A stretch of 63,878 nucleotides of DNA, the filler included, from Octopus bimaculoides (Eukaryota), in assembly GCF_001194135.2 (NCBI RefSeq). It is 8 parts of 8 records of this genome, joined end to end, with 100 filler letters (N's around TTAATTAATTAA, not from the genome) between each part and the next. Parts side by side here need not be neighbours in the genome. Positions count along the whole stretch, not along the records: positions 25,292 to 50,280 come from NC_068987.1; positions 50,381 to 56,757 come from NC_068988.1; 6 more parts are not named here. One strand, written 5' to 3'. Below are positions 38,716-51,484 of this stretch, piece after piece; the first letter of the stretch is position 1, and each line of letters starts with the position of its first letter. A model generated the notes under the pieces. It saw nothing but the letters and a program-made list of their open reading frames with translations, was not told the origin of the DNA and ran no database searches. Both the position numbers and the translations under genes were made by a program.

Positions 38716-39540
38716 GTATATATGGATATACCTCACTCATGCCCAAATATATAGAAATATTTACATATATAATATGCACACACACACACACACGCACGCA
38801 CACACACACACACGTGCACGCACACACACACACACACACACATATATCCTTTAGTTCTTATATATTACCGATATTGTCTATTTAATTTTCCATACTGATA
38901 TGATATAATTTGGCTCTCCTCCACGTACCTGTAGATCAGGTATACAGAGTGTTGCCCTGATTGCATTGTATATGACGATAAATATTCATTCGAAGATGTA
39001 TATTACTGGAACAAGCACTTTTCAACTAGACACAGTTTGGGGCAGTACCAAATACAAATGTCTAAATTTGGAGTGGTGCCATTCCATCCCAATATGTTCA
39101 TAAAATGAATATTCTATGGTATATGCATGCATACAAACTGATGTATATGTCTATGTGTTTATTTGTGTGCGTGTGCTTGTTTGTGCGTATGTGTGTATGT
39201 ATGTGTGAGTGTGTGTGTGTGTGTATGTGCATGTAATTACGTGCAAGAACACATACACACCCACTCATACATACTTGCATATATCTGTGCTTATGTCTAT
39301 ATATTTCAAAAGATGTGTGTGTGTGTGTCTGTGTGTACATGAACACATCTATGAATATTTAATTACATAAAAATTATGTTCTTACAACTACATATTTATA
39401 CTTATACACATACATACAGATACCTGCATGCATATATATATATATATAAACACACACATATACATATACACATATGCGCGCACACACACATACATGTACA
39501 CATGTATGTATATATTTATATGTATGTATGTATGTATATA

Positions 39541-39605
<65 letters not shown>

Positions 39606-40454
39606 NNNNNNNNNNNNNNNNNNNNNNNNNNNNNNNNNNNNNNNNNNNNNNNNNNNNNNNNNNNNNNNNNNNNNNNNNNNNNNNNNNNNNNNNNNNNNNN
39701 NNNNNNNNNNNNNNNNNNNNNNNNNNNNNNNNNNNNNNNNNNNNNNNNNNNNNNNNNNNNNNNNNNNNNNNNNNNNNNNNNNNNNNNNNNNNNNNNNNNN
39801 NNNNNNNNNNNNNNNNNNNNNNNNNNNNNNNNNNNNNNNNNNNNNNNNNNNNNNNNNNNNNNNNNNNNNNNNNNNNNNNNNNNNNNNNNNNNNNNNNNNN
39901 NNNNNNNNNNNNNNNNNNNNNNNNNNNNNNNNNNNNNNNNNNNNNNNNNNNNNNNNNNNNNNNNNNNNNNNNNNNNNNNNNNNNNNNNNNNNNNNNNNNN
40001 NNNNNNNNNNNNNNNNNNNNNNNNNNNNNNNNNNNNNNNNNNNNNNNNNNNNNNNNNNNNNNNNNNNNNNNNNNNNNNNNNNNNNNNNNNNNNNNNNNNN
40101 NNNNNNNNNNNNNNNNNNNNNNNNNNNNNNNNNNNNNNNNNNNNNTATATATATATATATATACACATATATATATATATCTGTTATGCAGCAATGAAAA
40201 TCAAGATTTTGCTAAAAAGTAGAAAGATATGGAAAAGATATTATTGGAAGTTAAGAAATATATTTTCATCATAGTTGTAATTTTCTTCTCCTTTCCTTGT
40301 TGTATATTTGAGAGTGGAGATTGTACTGTATCGAGCTGAGTCAATGGAGTTATTGGACAACAGGGCTTCGTTTATATTCTGTAGTGTATTCCCCACTGAC
40401 AGTTTGTCATAGTTTATCATTGTTTGTAGTTGTATCTACTGGTGTTTGGCCCCC

Positions 40455-40650
40455 TTAGTCAGCCCTGAGGGATTAGACTTATGATCAAATGCCATTCAGC
40501 CATGACTGACCAGTCTTGTATTTCAGACATTTTATATTTAGGTTTAAACTATCAAATGTGCTGCACACTTTCTTTCTTCCTAAGATGTTAGTGTTTGATT
40601 CCTGGCAGATTTGGCTGCTATTTCTAACAGGCTGAGTGATCATAAGTAGG
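40455..40650 (+). repeat. Unclassified interspersed repeat; related pieces near 45940-45990, 47895-47960, 49735-49800 and 58690-58825
   Basis: Shared gatttggctgctatttcta(a/g)c motif. Confidence 0.5.
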
Positions 40651-40924
40651 TCATACATATATATATCAATATATCCTTAACTCGTCACAAACACTCATGC
40701 ACATGTGCACACACACACACACATACACAAACATACATACACACAAGCACATACATGCACACACACATGATGGACCTCTGCACATTTTCGCCTCTGCTAT
40801 TTTCACTCATAGAGCATTGGTTATCCTGGGATTTTAGTAGAAAACAACTGTCCAGCATGACATACAACGGGACGGAACTTAAGACCACATTGTTGCAAAG
40901 CAAACTTCTTAATCACACAGCTAT

Positions 40925-41065
40925 CCTTTATCTTTTACTTGTTTCACTCATTAGACAGCAGCCATGCTGGGGCACTGCCCTGAAGGATGTAGTCAAACAA
41001 TTCAACCTTAGGACCAATTGTAAGTCTGGTGAGTGACAAACATAAACACACGGATGCACACACAC
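40925..41065 (-). mobile_element. SINE family A tail fragment
   Basis: cttttacttgtttcactcattagacagcagccatgctggggcactgcc. Confidence 0.7.
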
Positions 41066-41329
41066 ACATGAACACACACATACATACATACATCTCTTTC
41101 TTTATTGGCAAGAAATCTTGAAATGAAACTAAACAATGACATGCATACATGCATACATATATACATACATATATACATACATATATACATACATATATAC
41201 ATACATACATGCATACATGCATGCATGCATGCATACATACATACAAACATACATACAAGCATGCACGCATATATGCATATATACATACATACATGCATGT
41301 ATGCATACATACATACATACATACATACA

Positions 41330-41570
41330 TAGTGGAGATGTATGGCGTTGTGGTTAGGGTGTTGGATTCATGATCATAAGATTGTGGTTTCAATTCCTGA
41401 ACTGAGCGATGCATTGTGCTCTTGAGCAAAACACTTCATTTCACGTTGCTCCAGTCCCTTCAGCTGGCAAAAATTAATAATCCTGCGACGGACCAACATC
41501 CCACCCATGTGGGAAATTTATATGCCATGATAATGGGAAACTGGCCCTTGTGAGTTGGCTTGACTCAAGA
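41330..41570 (+). mobile_element. SINE family C variant
   Basis: tggcgttgtggttagg..gtttcaattcc..cttgagcaaaacacttcatttcacgttgctccag; preceded by (TACA)n. Confidence 0.8.
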
Positions 41571-41637
41571 AGATAATTTTACCTTCTTACTTTTATATAC
41601 AAATGTACAAACATATACATACTCTGACAGTCATAGT

Positions 41638-41985
41638 CACAGGTGTGGCTGTGTGGTAAGAAGCCTGCATCCAGACCACATGGTTCCAGGTTCAGTCCCA
41701 CAGAGTGGCACCTTGGGCTAGTATTTTCTACAATAGCCTCCGGCTGACCAAAGTCTTGTGAGTGGATTTGGTAGACGGAAACTGAAAGAAGCCCATTGTA
41801 TATATGTATATACATATATGTTTGTGTCTGTGTTTGTCTTTCCACCGTCGCTTGCCAACCGATGTAGGTGTGTTTATGTCTCTGTAACGCAGTGGTTCAG
41901 CAAATGGAACTGATAGAATAAGTACCAGGCTTACAAAGAATAAGTCCTGGGGTTGATTTGCTTGACTGAAACAAGTAAAAGAGTA
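41638..41985 (+). mobile_element. SINE family A, full length
   Basis: gtggctgtgtggtaagaagc head to gactgaaacaagtaaaagag tail. Confidence 0.88.
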
Positions 41986-42702
41986 ATGAATATAATCTCC
42001 AGCCCTTACTCTGTGGCAATTTTGGGTGTCTTCAGAATATTGGGAGTCAAATGTCTGGTGTTGTAGAATAAGCAGCCACAAAATTACATTAAAATACAAC
42101 TGAAAATATATTCCTCTATGGAATTATTCATTCATCGGATCGGCAGTGTTTTACTTAATATTCCTTGTATACTAGTTTTGAAATTTATAACCACGATATG
42201 ATCTATTCTAGATATTGGCTAATATATAAACAGTGTGCTTCAGAGAACATTCATGGTTGTGGCTGCTGAAAGCTAAATGAAACGTAACTAACTGCAAATC
42301 ATAATCTTTGGTGGTTGTTGGACCTCCATTGTTCTCTCTAGGGTCATAATATGCAAATTATTTTAGAAGAAGGTTAGAAATGTAGTTTTATAATAGATTG
42401 AATTTTCTCTGTTGCAAGCAGTAAGAACACCAGATTGGTTTAAACATTCTATGATTTCAAACATTTTTCGTTGGTATCACTGATTTTTAGCACATCTAAA
42501 TAATGGAGTTTTGTAAGTTCATCACCACTTTCACCACAACCACCGCCACCACCACCACCATCATCATCATCGTCATCATCCTCTTCATCAAAATCATCAA
42601 CATCATCCATCATCATGATTATCATTTTAATGTCTAGTTTTCTATGGGGAAATATTATTCACATATAGACACACACACATACATACATACACACACACAC
42701 AC

Positions 42703-42729
<27 letters not shown>

Positions 42730-42733
<4 letters not shown>

Positions 42734-43040
42734 TACAATGGGCTCCTTTCAATTTCTGTCTATCAAATCTGCTCACAAGGCTTTGGCTGGCCTGAAGCTA
42801 CAGTAGAAGACACTTGTCCAAGTAGAAGACACTTGTCCACTGAACCCAAAACCACATGGCTGAGAAGCTAGCTTCTTACCACCCAGCCACAATTAGCATC
42901 TTTCACTTTCCGTCTACCAAATCCACTCAACTCTTTGGTCAGCCCAGGGCGATATTATAGAAGACTTGCCCAAAGTTCCATGCAGTGGGACTGAACCTTT
43001 AACCATGTGGTTGGGAAGCAAGCTTCTCGCCCACACAGCT
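42730..43040 (-). mobile_element. Two tandem SINE family A head halves
   Basis: Two successive tctttc..ccgtctaccaaatccactca..ccacacagc units. Confidence 0.8.
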
Positions 43041-43318
43041 ACATTGTATCAAGCAATGCATGAGTAGGCTCACATCCATTAATAAGCATGTGCTACGATT
43101 CTGTAGTTTTGTCTCTACCAACTTTTTGTTAATATGCTGACGTTGCTGTCAAAATTGTACTTACTCTGCTTTCCGTTTCATCCTGTTTTACTTAACACAA
43201 GGAAGTAAATGTTGATTAATGAAATCATATATGTCTTTCTTCTTATTTATTAATTTATTCTGCTTATTTATGTATTTTATATTTTTTTAAATTAATTTAT
43301 CTTTTTTGCATTACTTAG

Positions 43319-43514
43319 GCATTCGTTGGATAGTCTCCAAAAGAATCTGCATACTGTTAACGATGAACTAGATCGCAAAAACAATTCACTGATGCTGGAT
43401 AAGCGTTGCATGGATGTTAGAGAGCGTTTGAAAACTCAACCTAAGTCCACCACAGAAAGAAACATTACCATGACTGGATTAGTAAGAGATAAACCTGATA
43501 TTTTAGCTGCTTAA
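43319..43514 (+). CDS. TEKT2: Terminal coding exon of a tektin, most like Tektin-2 / tektin-B1
   Basis: Acceptor cttttttgcattacttag| (AG 43317-18), phase 2; reads HSLDSLQKNLHTVNDELDRKNNSLMLDKRCMDVRERLKTQPKSTTERNITMTGLVRDKPDILAA* (TAA 43512-14). Matches the recalled human TEKT2 C-terminus ALDALCKHLARLQADIACKANSMLLDTKCMDTRRKL. The paralog assignment is from memory. Confidence 0.82.
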
Positions 43515-43627
43515 CTTAAGAGAAAGATATCTTTCAATTTGATGATTTTTCGATATTATAAGTATAGCAGTTTTTAATTCATCATTAGATTGCTGATAAA
43601 TTATACTTCAATAGCATCAAGATCTGC

Positions 43628-43681
43628 AATAAAATTTTAAAATACCTGTTATTCTTACTTAAGTATTTCATATTAAATAAA
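43628..43681 (+). terminator. Candidate polyadenylation signals of the tektin gene
   Basis: AATAAA at 43628-43633 and 43676-43681, 114 and 162 nt after the stop; the region is AT-rich, so chance occurrence is possible. Confidence 0.4.
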
Positions 43682-44595
43682 TGATTCATTTTATTACATT
43701 CTTAAAATGGTATTTACTGTCAGCCAAAAGATCTATAAAATATCGGTGAGACAATCATTTGTAACTGAATAATAGTGAACAGATGTGGTTAATAGATATT
43801 CTCAATTAAAAACACAAAACCGAATTGTAATTTCTTCTATAATGATAGTAATCCACAGCTGTAAATTTTGTTATTGAAGGAGAATAATCTATGTTGTAAT
43901 AATATATTAAAAATAAACAGAGAAAGAGCCATGGTTACTCCTAAGTGATTTAGTTGCAGAGGCAAGTTTGTCTGTTACCAGCTGCTATCGTTTTTAAGAT
44001 GGTAAATTTATATTCCAAATACTCTCTTTTCCATTAACTGAAACATTTAGTTAGGCTTAAATAGAGAGTTATGGAGCTCAGGAAATGAGAGAAAAACAAC
44101 TGCAATGGATGTTAAACTGGAACAACAATATTCATGATAAACAATGAGGATTTAAGTAATGAGTTTTACCTGAAGTAATATAGTCTCTTATATCTTCCCA
44201 TTTTTATAACTTAACGGTCTGGCAGAAATTACTACAAAAATAATAAAAATCTATAAACAAATGCTTTTACTCAGCTGCAGCTATCTCATTAATTTATCAT
44301 CAAATGCTCTCATGAAAATATATCTTATAGTCTGAGCCAATTGTTTTTTGTGTTTTTTTTTTTCTTCTTTTTCCAAAGAATTATTTCTCAAGTCATCTAG
44401 AGCAAAATTTCTGCATTTGTTTTCCAATTGTTGCTGTCATGAGGGAGAATTCACACGTACACACACACACACACACAAATAAATATACATATATATATGG
44501 ATGTGTACCCTTCTCCCTTTCTTCCTCCTCTCTTCCTCTCTCTCTCCTATATATATATATACATATATCCAATATTTTTGCTCCTTTTATATTTC

Positions 44596-44639
<44 letters not shown>

Positions 44640-44670
44640 CATACATACACACACACACACATAGATTTAG

Positions 44671-44721
<51 letters not shown>

Positions 44722-44989
44722 TGCGTTTGTGTGTGTATTTATGGAAAGACAGGAAAGAGACATAAGAGAAATCCCTTGTGTATCTTATGCAAGTCAGCCA
44801 TGAATCATGATTCCTGTATAATTTGCTTACCATATTCATAACATAGTGTTGACATACACTGAAGCCAAACTTCCTGCTTAATTTTACATCTGATAGAAGC
44901 TTTAACAGTTCTAGCCATTTCCATTTTAAACAAGAACTATTGATACGGATGTGCGTGTGTGTGTGTGTGTGTGTATCTTCTGTCTTTCA

Positions 44990-45880
44990 TCTTATTTCAG
45001 TTATTGGACTGCGACCATGCTGGGGCATTGCCTCGAAAGGTTTAGTCAAACAAATCAACTCCAGTGCTTATTCTATTGGGCTCTTTTACTGAAATGCTAA
45101 GTCATAAGGTTGTAAACAAACCAACTCCAGTTGTCAAACCGTGCTTAGGGACAAACACAAACACACACACACACACACATATATTATCATCATTGTCGTC
45201 GTCATCATCATCATCATCATCATCATCATCACTTAATGTCTGTTTTCCATGCTGGCATAGGTCGGACAGTTTGAGTGGAGCTGGTAAGGCCAGGGGTTGC
45301 ACCACACTCCATTGTCTGTTCTGGAATGATTTCTGGGGCTGGATGTCCTTCCTAACAAATATACAGATTTACAGATGTATGTATATGTACGTATATAAAT
45401 ATACAATAGGCTTCCATACAGTTTCCACCCACCAAATTCACTCAAGATGCAGTGGTCACTCTGGGGCTATAGTAGAAGACACATGCTCAACTTGCTATGT
45501 ATAAGTATATACATAGGCACAGGCATGGCTGTACTGTAAGTAGCTTGCTTCCCAACCACATGGTTCTGGGTTCACTCCCACTGTGTAGCACCTTGGGCAA
45601 GTATCTTCTATAGCCTTGAGCCGACTAAAGCCTTGTGAGTGGATTTGGTAGACAGAAACTGAAAGAAGCATGTCATATAAATCTCTCTGTCTCATTGTTT
45701 AACATCTGCTTTCCATGCTGGCATGGGTTGGACAGTTTAACTGGGGACTGGTGAAACCAGATGGCTGCACCAGGCTCCAATCTGATCTGGCAGAGTTTCT
45801 ACAAGTGGATGCCCTTCCTAACGTCAACCACTCCGCGAGTGTAGTGGGTGCTTTTACGTGCCACCGGCACGAGGGCCACT
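44990..45880. mobile_element. SINE cluster: A(-) 44990-45165, D(-) 45190-45360, A(-) 45400-45500, A(+) 45520-45670, D(-) 45690-45880
   Basis: Family-diagnostic blocks as listed for the other copies. Confidence 0.8.
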
Positions 45881-45897
45881 CTCTCTCTCTCTCTCTG

Positions 45898-45931
<34 letters not shown>

Positions 45932-46314
45932 CAAAGGACATACTAAGTATGTCTACCTGCTGGAAATAACAGTCAAAACTCTTATTTAAATTGCCAAAAT
46001 GCACTGATGATAACTACAGAAATCAACCGTCCGAAGGCAAACAGGCTAAGACAATCTCTCAGCATACATTCAAGTATTTGGACTCATGTGGACTGGTGTT
46101 GTTACACTAGATAATAACAGAGTCAATGACTTCTTTGCAAATTATTTTTCGTGAATTATTTTTCTCATGAATTATTTGCTCCATATTGAAATTATATATA
46201 TATATATAATCAATCAAATATGTCCCTTGGAAACAAGGTATACTGGATATCAGATAAGTGCTCTTGGTATAAGACATGTCTAAAAGATACTTAGAGATTC
46301 CATGAGAGCGATTA

Positions 46315-46976
46315 TATATTATAGAGTAAAATGTAGGAAAAGTTATATCTTAAAAATCACAGCAGAGATAAATACATAAAAAGCAATATTGTATTAATAA
46401 ATAAATAAATAAATAAATAAATAAAGTACAGCCATGATCATTAAAAATATTTTCTAAAAACGTTTTGAAAGTTCTTACGATCGTTTCAAAAATATACTGC
46501 CTCTCAAAATGAAATCTAAAGTTGATAAGCATCGTTGGGAAATATATCTACACGTCAGAGAAAAGGATGAATTTCAGTGGAAGAAATCGAATGAGGGAAA
46601 TGTTATTTAAAACTGATATTTCAAAATTTTTAGCTCAAATTTATACCAACACAGATTTATACCAAAAAGTTTTTTAAACAACACCTTTCTCATTCGATTT
46701 TAAATAGCATTTCCCTCATTTGATTTCCTTCACTGAAATTCATTCTTTTCTCTCTTGAGTGGATATACTTCCCAATGATGCCTATCAACTTTAGATTTCA
46801 TTTTGAGAGGTAGTATGAAACGATCATAAGAACTTTCAAAACATTTTTTCAAAATATTTTTAATGATCAGAGCTGTACTTTGTTTATTTATTTATTGATA
46901 CAATATTGCTTTTATGTACTTATCTCTACTATGATTTTTAAGATATAACTTTTCCTACTTTTTACTCTATAATATA
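46315..46976. mobile_element. Fold-back element / long inverted repeat (arms about 46315-46612 and 46698-46976, spacer about 85 bp)
   Basis: Left arm tatattatagagtaaaatgtaggaaaagttatatc... is the reverse complement of the right arm ...gatataacttttcctactttttactctataatata along its whole length, with scattered mismatches. Confidence 0.9.
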
Positions 46977-46989
46977 CATATCATCATCA

Positions 46990-47277
46990 CCATCATCATC
47001 ATTTAATGTCCGCTTTCCATGCTAGCATGGGTTGGACAATTTGACTGAGGACTGGCGAACCAGATGACTACACCAGACTCTAATCTGATCTGGCAGAGTT
47101 TCTACAGCTGGATGCCCTTCCTAATGCCAACCACTTCGAGAGTGTAATGGGTGCTTTTACGTGCCACCGCCACAACGGCCATGCTCAAATGGTGTTTTTT
47201 ATGTGCCACCTGCACAGGAGTCAGTCCAATGTTTTGTTCACATGCCACCGGCACAAGTGCCAGTAAGGCCAGTAACA
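46990..47277 (-). mobile_element. SINE family D
   Basis: catcatttaatgtccgctttccatgctagcatggg..ggatgcccttcctaatgccaaccac. Confidence 0.88.
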
Positions 47278-47283
47278 TATATA

Positions 47284-47320
<37 letters not shown>

Positions 47321-47323
<3 letters not shown>

Positions 47324-47849
47324 GGGCTGGACAAAATAATGGAAACACCTTAAAATTTCAAATTTATTTTAATATGGGGTAGGACCACCTTTGGCAGTAA
47401 TTTAATTACAGCTTCAATTCAATGAGGTTTGGACTCGTACAAAGTTTGAATTGTTTCCAAAGGAATTTTTGTCCATTCTTCAGCTAAAACAGTTTCCAGT
47501 TCTTGTAGTAATGATGGTGGAGGATATCGACTCAAATGCTGTCATTACTTTTGAGACACAACTTCTTGATACACCAAACAATTCGGCTGTTTTCATTATG
47601 CTAGCACCTGCCATACAAGCACCAACAATTAGACCTCTTTGAAACCGATAGATCTGTCATTTTAATGAACTTTACTTACCTTTTTCTGATGATATCTGAA
47701 AAGGAACAGCAATTTTATCAAAACGTATTAAGCAACACTAATAATGAATTAAAAACTATAAAAATAAACAAGCTTTTGATGGTTTTATAGATATTTCAAA
47801 ATTATGATGTTAAGATGCTAGGAGTTTCCATTATTTTGTCCAACCCCTG
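47321..47849 (-). mobile_element. Internally deleted Tc1-like transposon with both TIRs
   Basis: TIRs cagggg(c/t)tggacaaaataatggaaac(a/t)cct; minus strand gives N-terminal MTDLS/FQRGLIVGACMAGASIMKTAELFGVSRSCVSKVMTAFE (ATG 47660) and C-terminal ITAKGGPTPY* (stop 47369-71); set in (TA)n. Confidence 0.9.
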
Positions 47850-48006
47850 AATATATATATATGTAATAGTGTACAAACAATTAAGTTTTTATACATAGAA
47901 GAGGTGACCTTGATAGGATACCTTACATGCTAGAAAAGGCAGTTAAAATCCAGACCCAAAAATAAAAGCAATTTCAAAGAGAATGAAAATATAAAATATT
48001 TTTATA

Positions 48007-48083
48007 GTTAACCTCAAACTTGAGTTTCTGTATTAATGAGCAAATAAATTGATTTGTCACCTGTACTTCATCAGTGAGGTCAC
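48007..48083 (-). ncRNA. Type I hammerhead-like motif, third family
   Basis: Minus strand TGACCTCA CTGATGA [39 nt] GAAAC TCAA GTT TGAGGTTA; stem I 8 bp including one G-U; stem II weak. Confidence 0.5.
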
Positions 48084-48954
48084 TAAAAATTAATATATAA
48101 TTATACAGTCAGATACATACCGAAAACACACGTGCCCACTGCATACTTATACATTATATTTTCAAATCCACTGTGCAAGCACAATTACATGCGGCAACAA
48201 AATAAAAATAAAATTAAAACTGCATACCAGAAAGGCTTTGAAATTACGAAAATTTTACTGTGAAAATAAAAAGGGTAGAGAATTTAGAAAAATGTTCATG
48301 CTGGTGGCTAGCATGGATAATNNNNNNNNNNNNNNNNNNNNNNNNNNNNNNNNNNNNNNNNNNNNNNNNNNNNNNNNNNNNNNNNNNNNNNNNNNNNNNN
48401 NNNNNNNNNNNNNNNNNNNNNNNNNNNNNNNNNNNNNNNNNNNNNNNNNNNNNNNNNNNNNNNNNNNNNNNNNNNNNNNNNNNNNNNNNNNNNNNNNNNN
48501 NNNNNNNNNNNNNNNNNNNNNNNNNNNNNNNNNNNNNNNNNNNNNNNNNNNNNNNNNNNNNNNNNNNNNNNNNNNNNNNNNNNNNNNNNNNNNNNNNNNN
48601 NNNNNNNNNNNNNNNNNNNNNNNNNNNNNNNNNNNNNNNNNNNNNNNNNNNNNNNNNNNNNNNNNNNNNNNNNNNNNNNNNNNNNNNNNNNNNNNNNNNN
48701 NNNNNNNNNNNNNNNNNNNNNNNNNNNNNNNNNNNNNNNNNNNNNNNNNNNNNNNNNNNNNNNNNNNNNNNNNNNNNNNNNNNNNNNNNNNNNNNNNNNN
48801 NNNNNNNNNNNNNNNNNNNNNNNNNNNNNNNNNNNNNNNNNNNNNNNNNNNNNNNNNNNNNNNNNNNNNNNNNNNNNNNNNNNNNNNNNNNNNNNNNNNN
48901 NNNNNNNNNNNNNNNNNNNNNNNNNNNNNNNNNNNNNNNNNNNNNNNNNNNNNN

Positions 48955-49170
48955 TATATATATATATATATGTTTATGTGTCTGTGTTTGTCCCCCGATC
49001 ATCGGTTGATAACCGATGCTGATGTGTTTATGTCCCCAAAACTTAGCAATTCAGCAAAAGAGAGCAATAGAGTAAGTGCTAGGCTTACAAAGAATAAGTC
49101 CTTGGGTTGATTTGTTTGATGAAAAGGCAGTGCTCCAGCATGGCCAAAATCAAATAACTGAAACAAGTAA
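48955..49170 (+). mobile_element. SINE family A 3' half
   Basis: gtgtctgtgtttgtcccc..gcttacaaagaataagtcc..gctccagcatggcc. Confidence 0.85.
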
Positions 49171-49501
49171 AAGAAAAAATATATGTGTATATGTGTCTCT
49201 ATGTAGTTTTATTTATAGATACAAGAAGGAGTCAAGCTCTGCAAGGAACAGACAACCACCATATACTTCTACCATAATTCCATTGATATCTGGGAATCAA
49301 CACATTGATAGTCACTCACTGAAAACACAGCTACAACTACTACCTTGCTTGTGAGCCATGCCATCATTGTAAAAACCTATAGCCAGCTTTAGCCTCTATC
49401 ATTGTATGTAGAATAGTCACATAGCTATATTGTAGTATTAAAGACCTGTTGTAATCATTGCATTTTTATATATGTCAGGTAATATATTGTCCAATGTATA
49501 T

Positions 49502-49722
49502 TTAACCCTTTAGCATTGAGATCACTCTGTCAAATGTAATACTAATTTATTCACATTGTTCTGAATTAAGCATGTATTATTTCTTAGGTTTAAGATTTCA
49601 ATAATGCAATTGTTAATTTTTAGAATGACATTGTAGGGTAGGTGTGAATGGCAGGATCTGGCTGGTTTGGGCATAAAACAGGAAGAATATTTGTGTCAGA
49701 TACGGCAAGTGTGAACGCTTAC
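49502..49722 (+). mobile_element. piggyBac-like MITE
   Basis: TTAA (49502-05) followed by CCCTTTAGCAT; right end degraded. Confidence 0.55.
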
Positions 49723-50199
49723 AATTTTAGAGACTAGCGCATGTTTTGAGAAAGTTGGCAGCTATTTCTAGCACGTTGAAAGACTATTCAAGGGCTCCTT
49801 TAATAGTTCAGTAAATATTGGTTAATACTGGATGAATTATGCTTGATTATTAAATTAATATTCCGCTTCACAGTTGAAGACAAATGTAAAACACACGCTA
49901 TGGAAACCTAATATTCATTACCATTAAATCAGAAATCCTAAAGGAAAATTATATGGAGTCTGTCAGGCAGGACCCAAAACATCAAAATAGAGTGTGACAA
50001 TATAGCATGGAATTCTGCTTAAACAGCTGAGGGATACAACATGGTCATGTGCTTTATACAGATCTCTAACCAGAACCAAGTGGACATGCACTGGTATAGA
50101 AATACACACTCAGACACACACATGCATATACACACACATACACACACACACACACACACATATATCATCACTAAACTCCGTCTTCCATGCTGGAATGAT

Positions 50200-50280
<81 letters not shown>

Positions 50281-50388
50281 NNNNNNNNNNNNNNNNNNNN
50301 NNNNNNNNNNNNNNNNNNNNNNNNTTAATTAATTAANNNNNNNNNNNNNNNNNNNNNNNNNNNNNNNNNNNNNNNNNNNNTGTATATT

Positions 50389-50431
<43 letters not shown>

Positions 50432-50440
50432 GTATATATG

Positions 50441-50474
<34 letters not shown>

Positions 50475-50498
50475 TGTATGTATATATCTATATATATG

Positions 50499-50529
<31 letters not shown>

Positions 50530-50552
50530 GTATGTATATATATATATATGTG

Positions 50553-50583
<31 letters not shown>

Positions 50584-51382
50584 GTGTCTACTAGAAAAAG
50601 AAATTGACTGAGAGATTGAAATATTGATACAAACAACATACATATTCATATTTACGTACACACACCTGGGCACATAACAGTCAATGGCTTCTTTTGTACG
50701 TAGGACGTTTATTCCTCCTTGTATGTTGCAAGTATGTGTGTATGCGTGTATATGCGTGCGTAAGTGTGTGTCTGTGTGCATCCAAAATAAATACACGAAT
50801 GCAAATTTACTTTACGCTGAAGACAGACATACTGACAAACAGGCTGTCGAACAGATATGAAAACAAACCGTCATAGGGATGTCTGAAATACGGTTGTATT
50901 GGAAAATCTTGGGAATTAAAATCTGTCAAAGATTAAAGATCAGAATAGCAAGTCATAAGTTAGAGTTTACTGTTATAAAATGCCGTTAGATTGTTAGTCA
51001 TAATTCCACATTTTACACAGTTTTTATGACAGCAATGAATGTGAGAGTCATAAAACAAGAAAACAATGTGTAAGTAAAATATAATCATATTTTATCGATA
51101 TTAGCGATGATATTGATAAAGAAATATGTTGGCTGGTTATAACAATATGAGCAGCAATGCATATATAAATATGCACTACACACATATTCATACATGTATG
51201 TATGCATGTATGTGTGTATGTATGTATGTATGTATGTATGTATGTATGAATTCATGTTTGTATGTATGTATGTGTGTATGTATGTTTGTATGTATGTATG
51301 TAAGTATATATCATATACATAAACAAATATAGATATCTATGTGTGCATATAATTCCATATCTTTGTATGTATACATATGTGT

Positions 51383-51484
<102 letters not shown>

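Noticed and set aside
40185-40270. DFAKK*KDMEKILLEVKKY, vaguely like a tektin coiled-coil segment
   Set aside because: In-frame stop and no donor site; likely coincidence.
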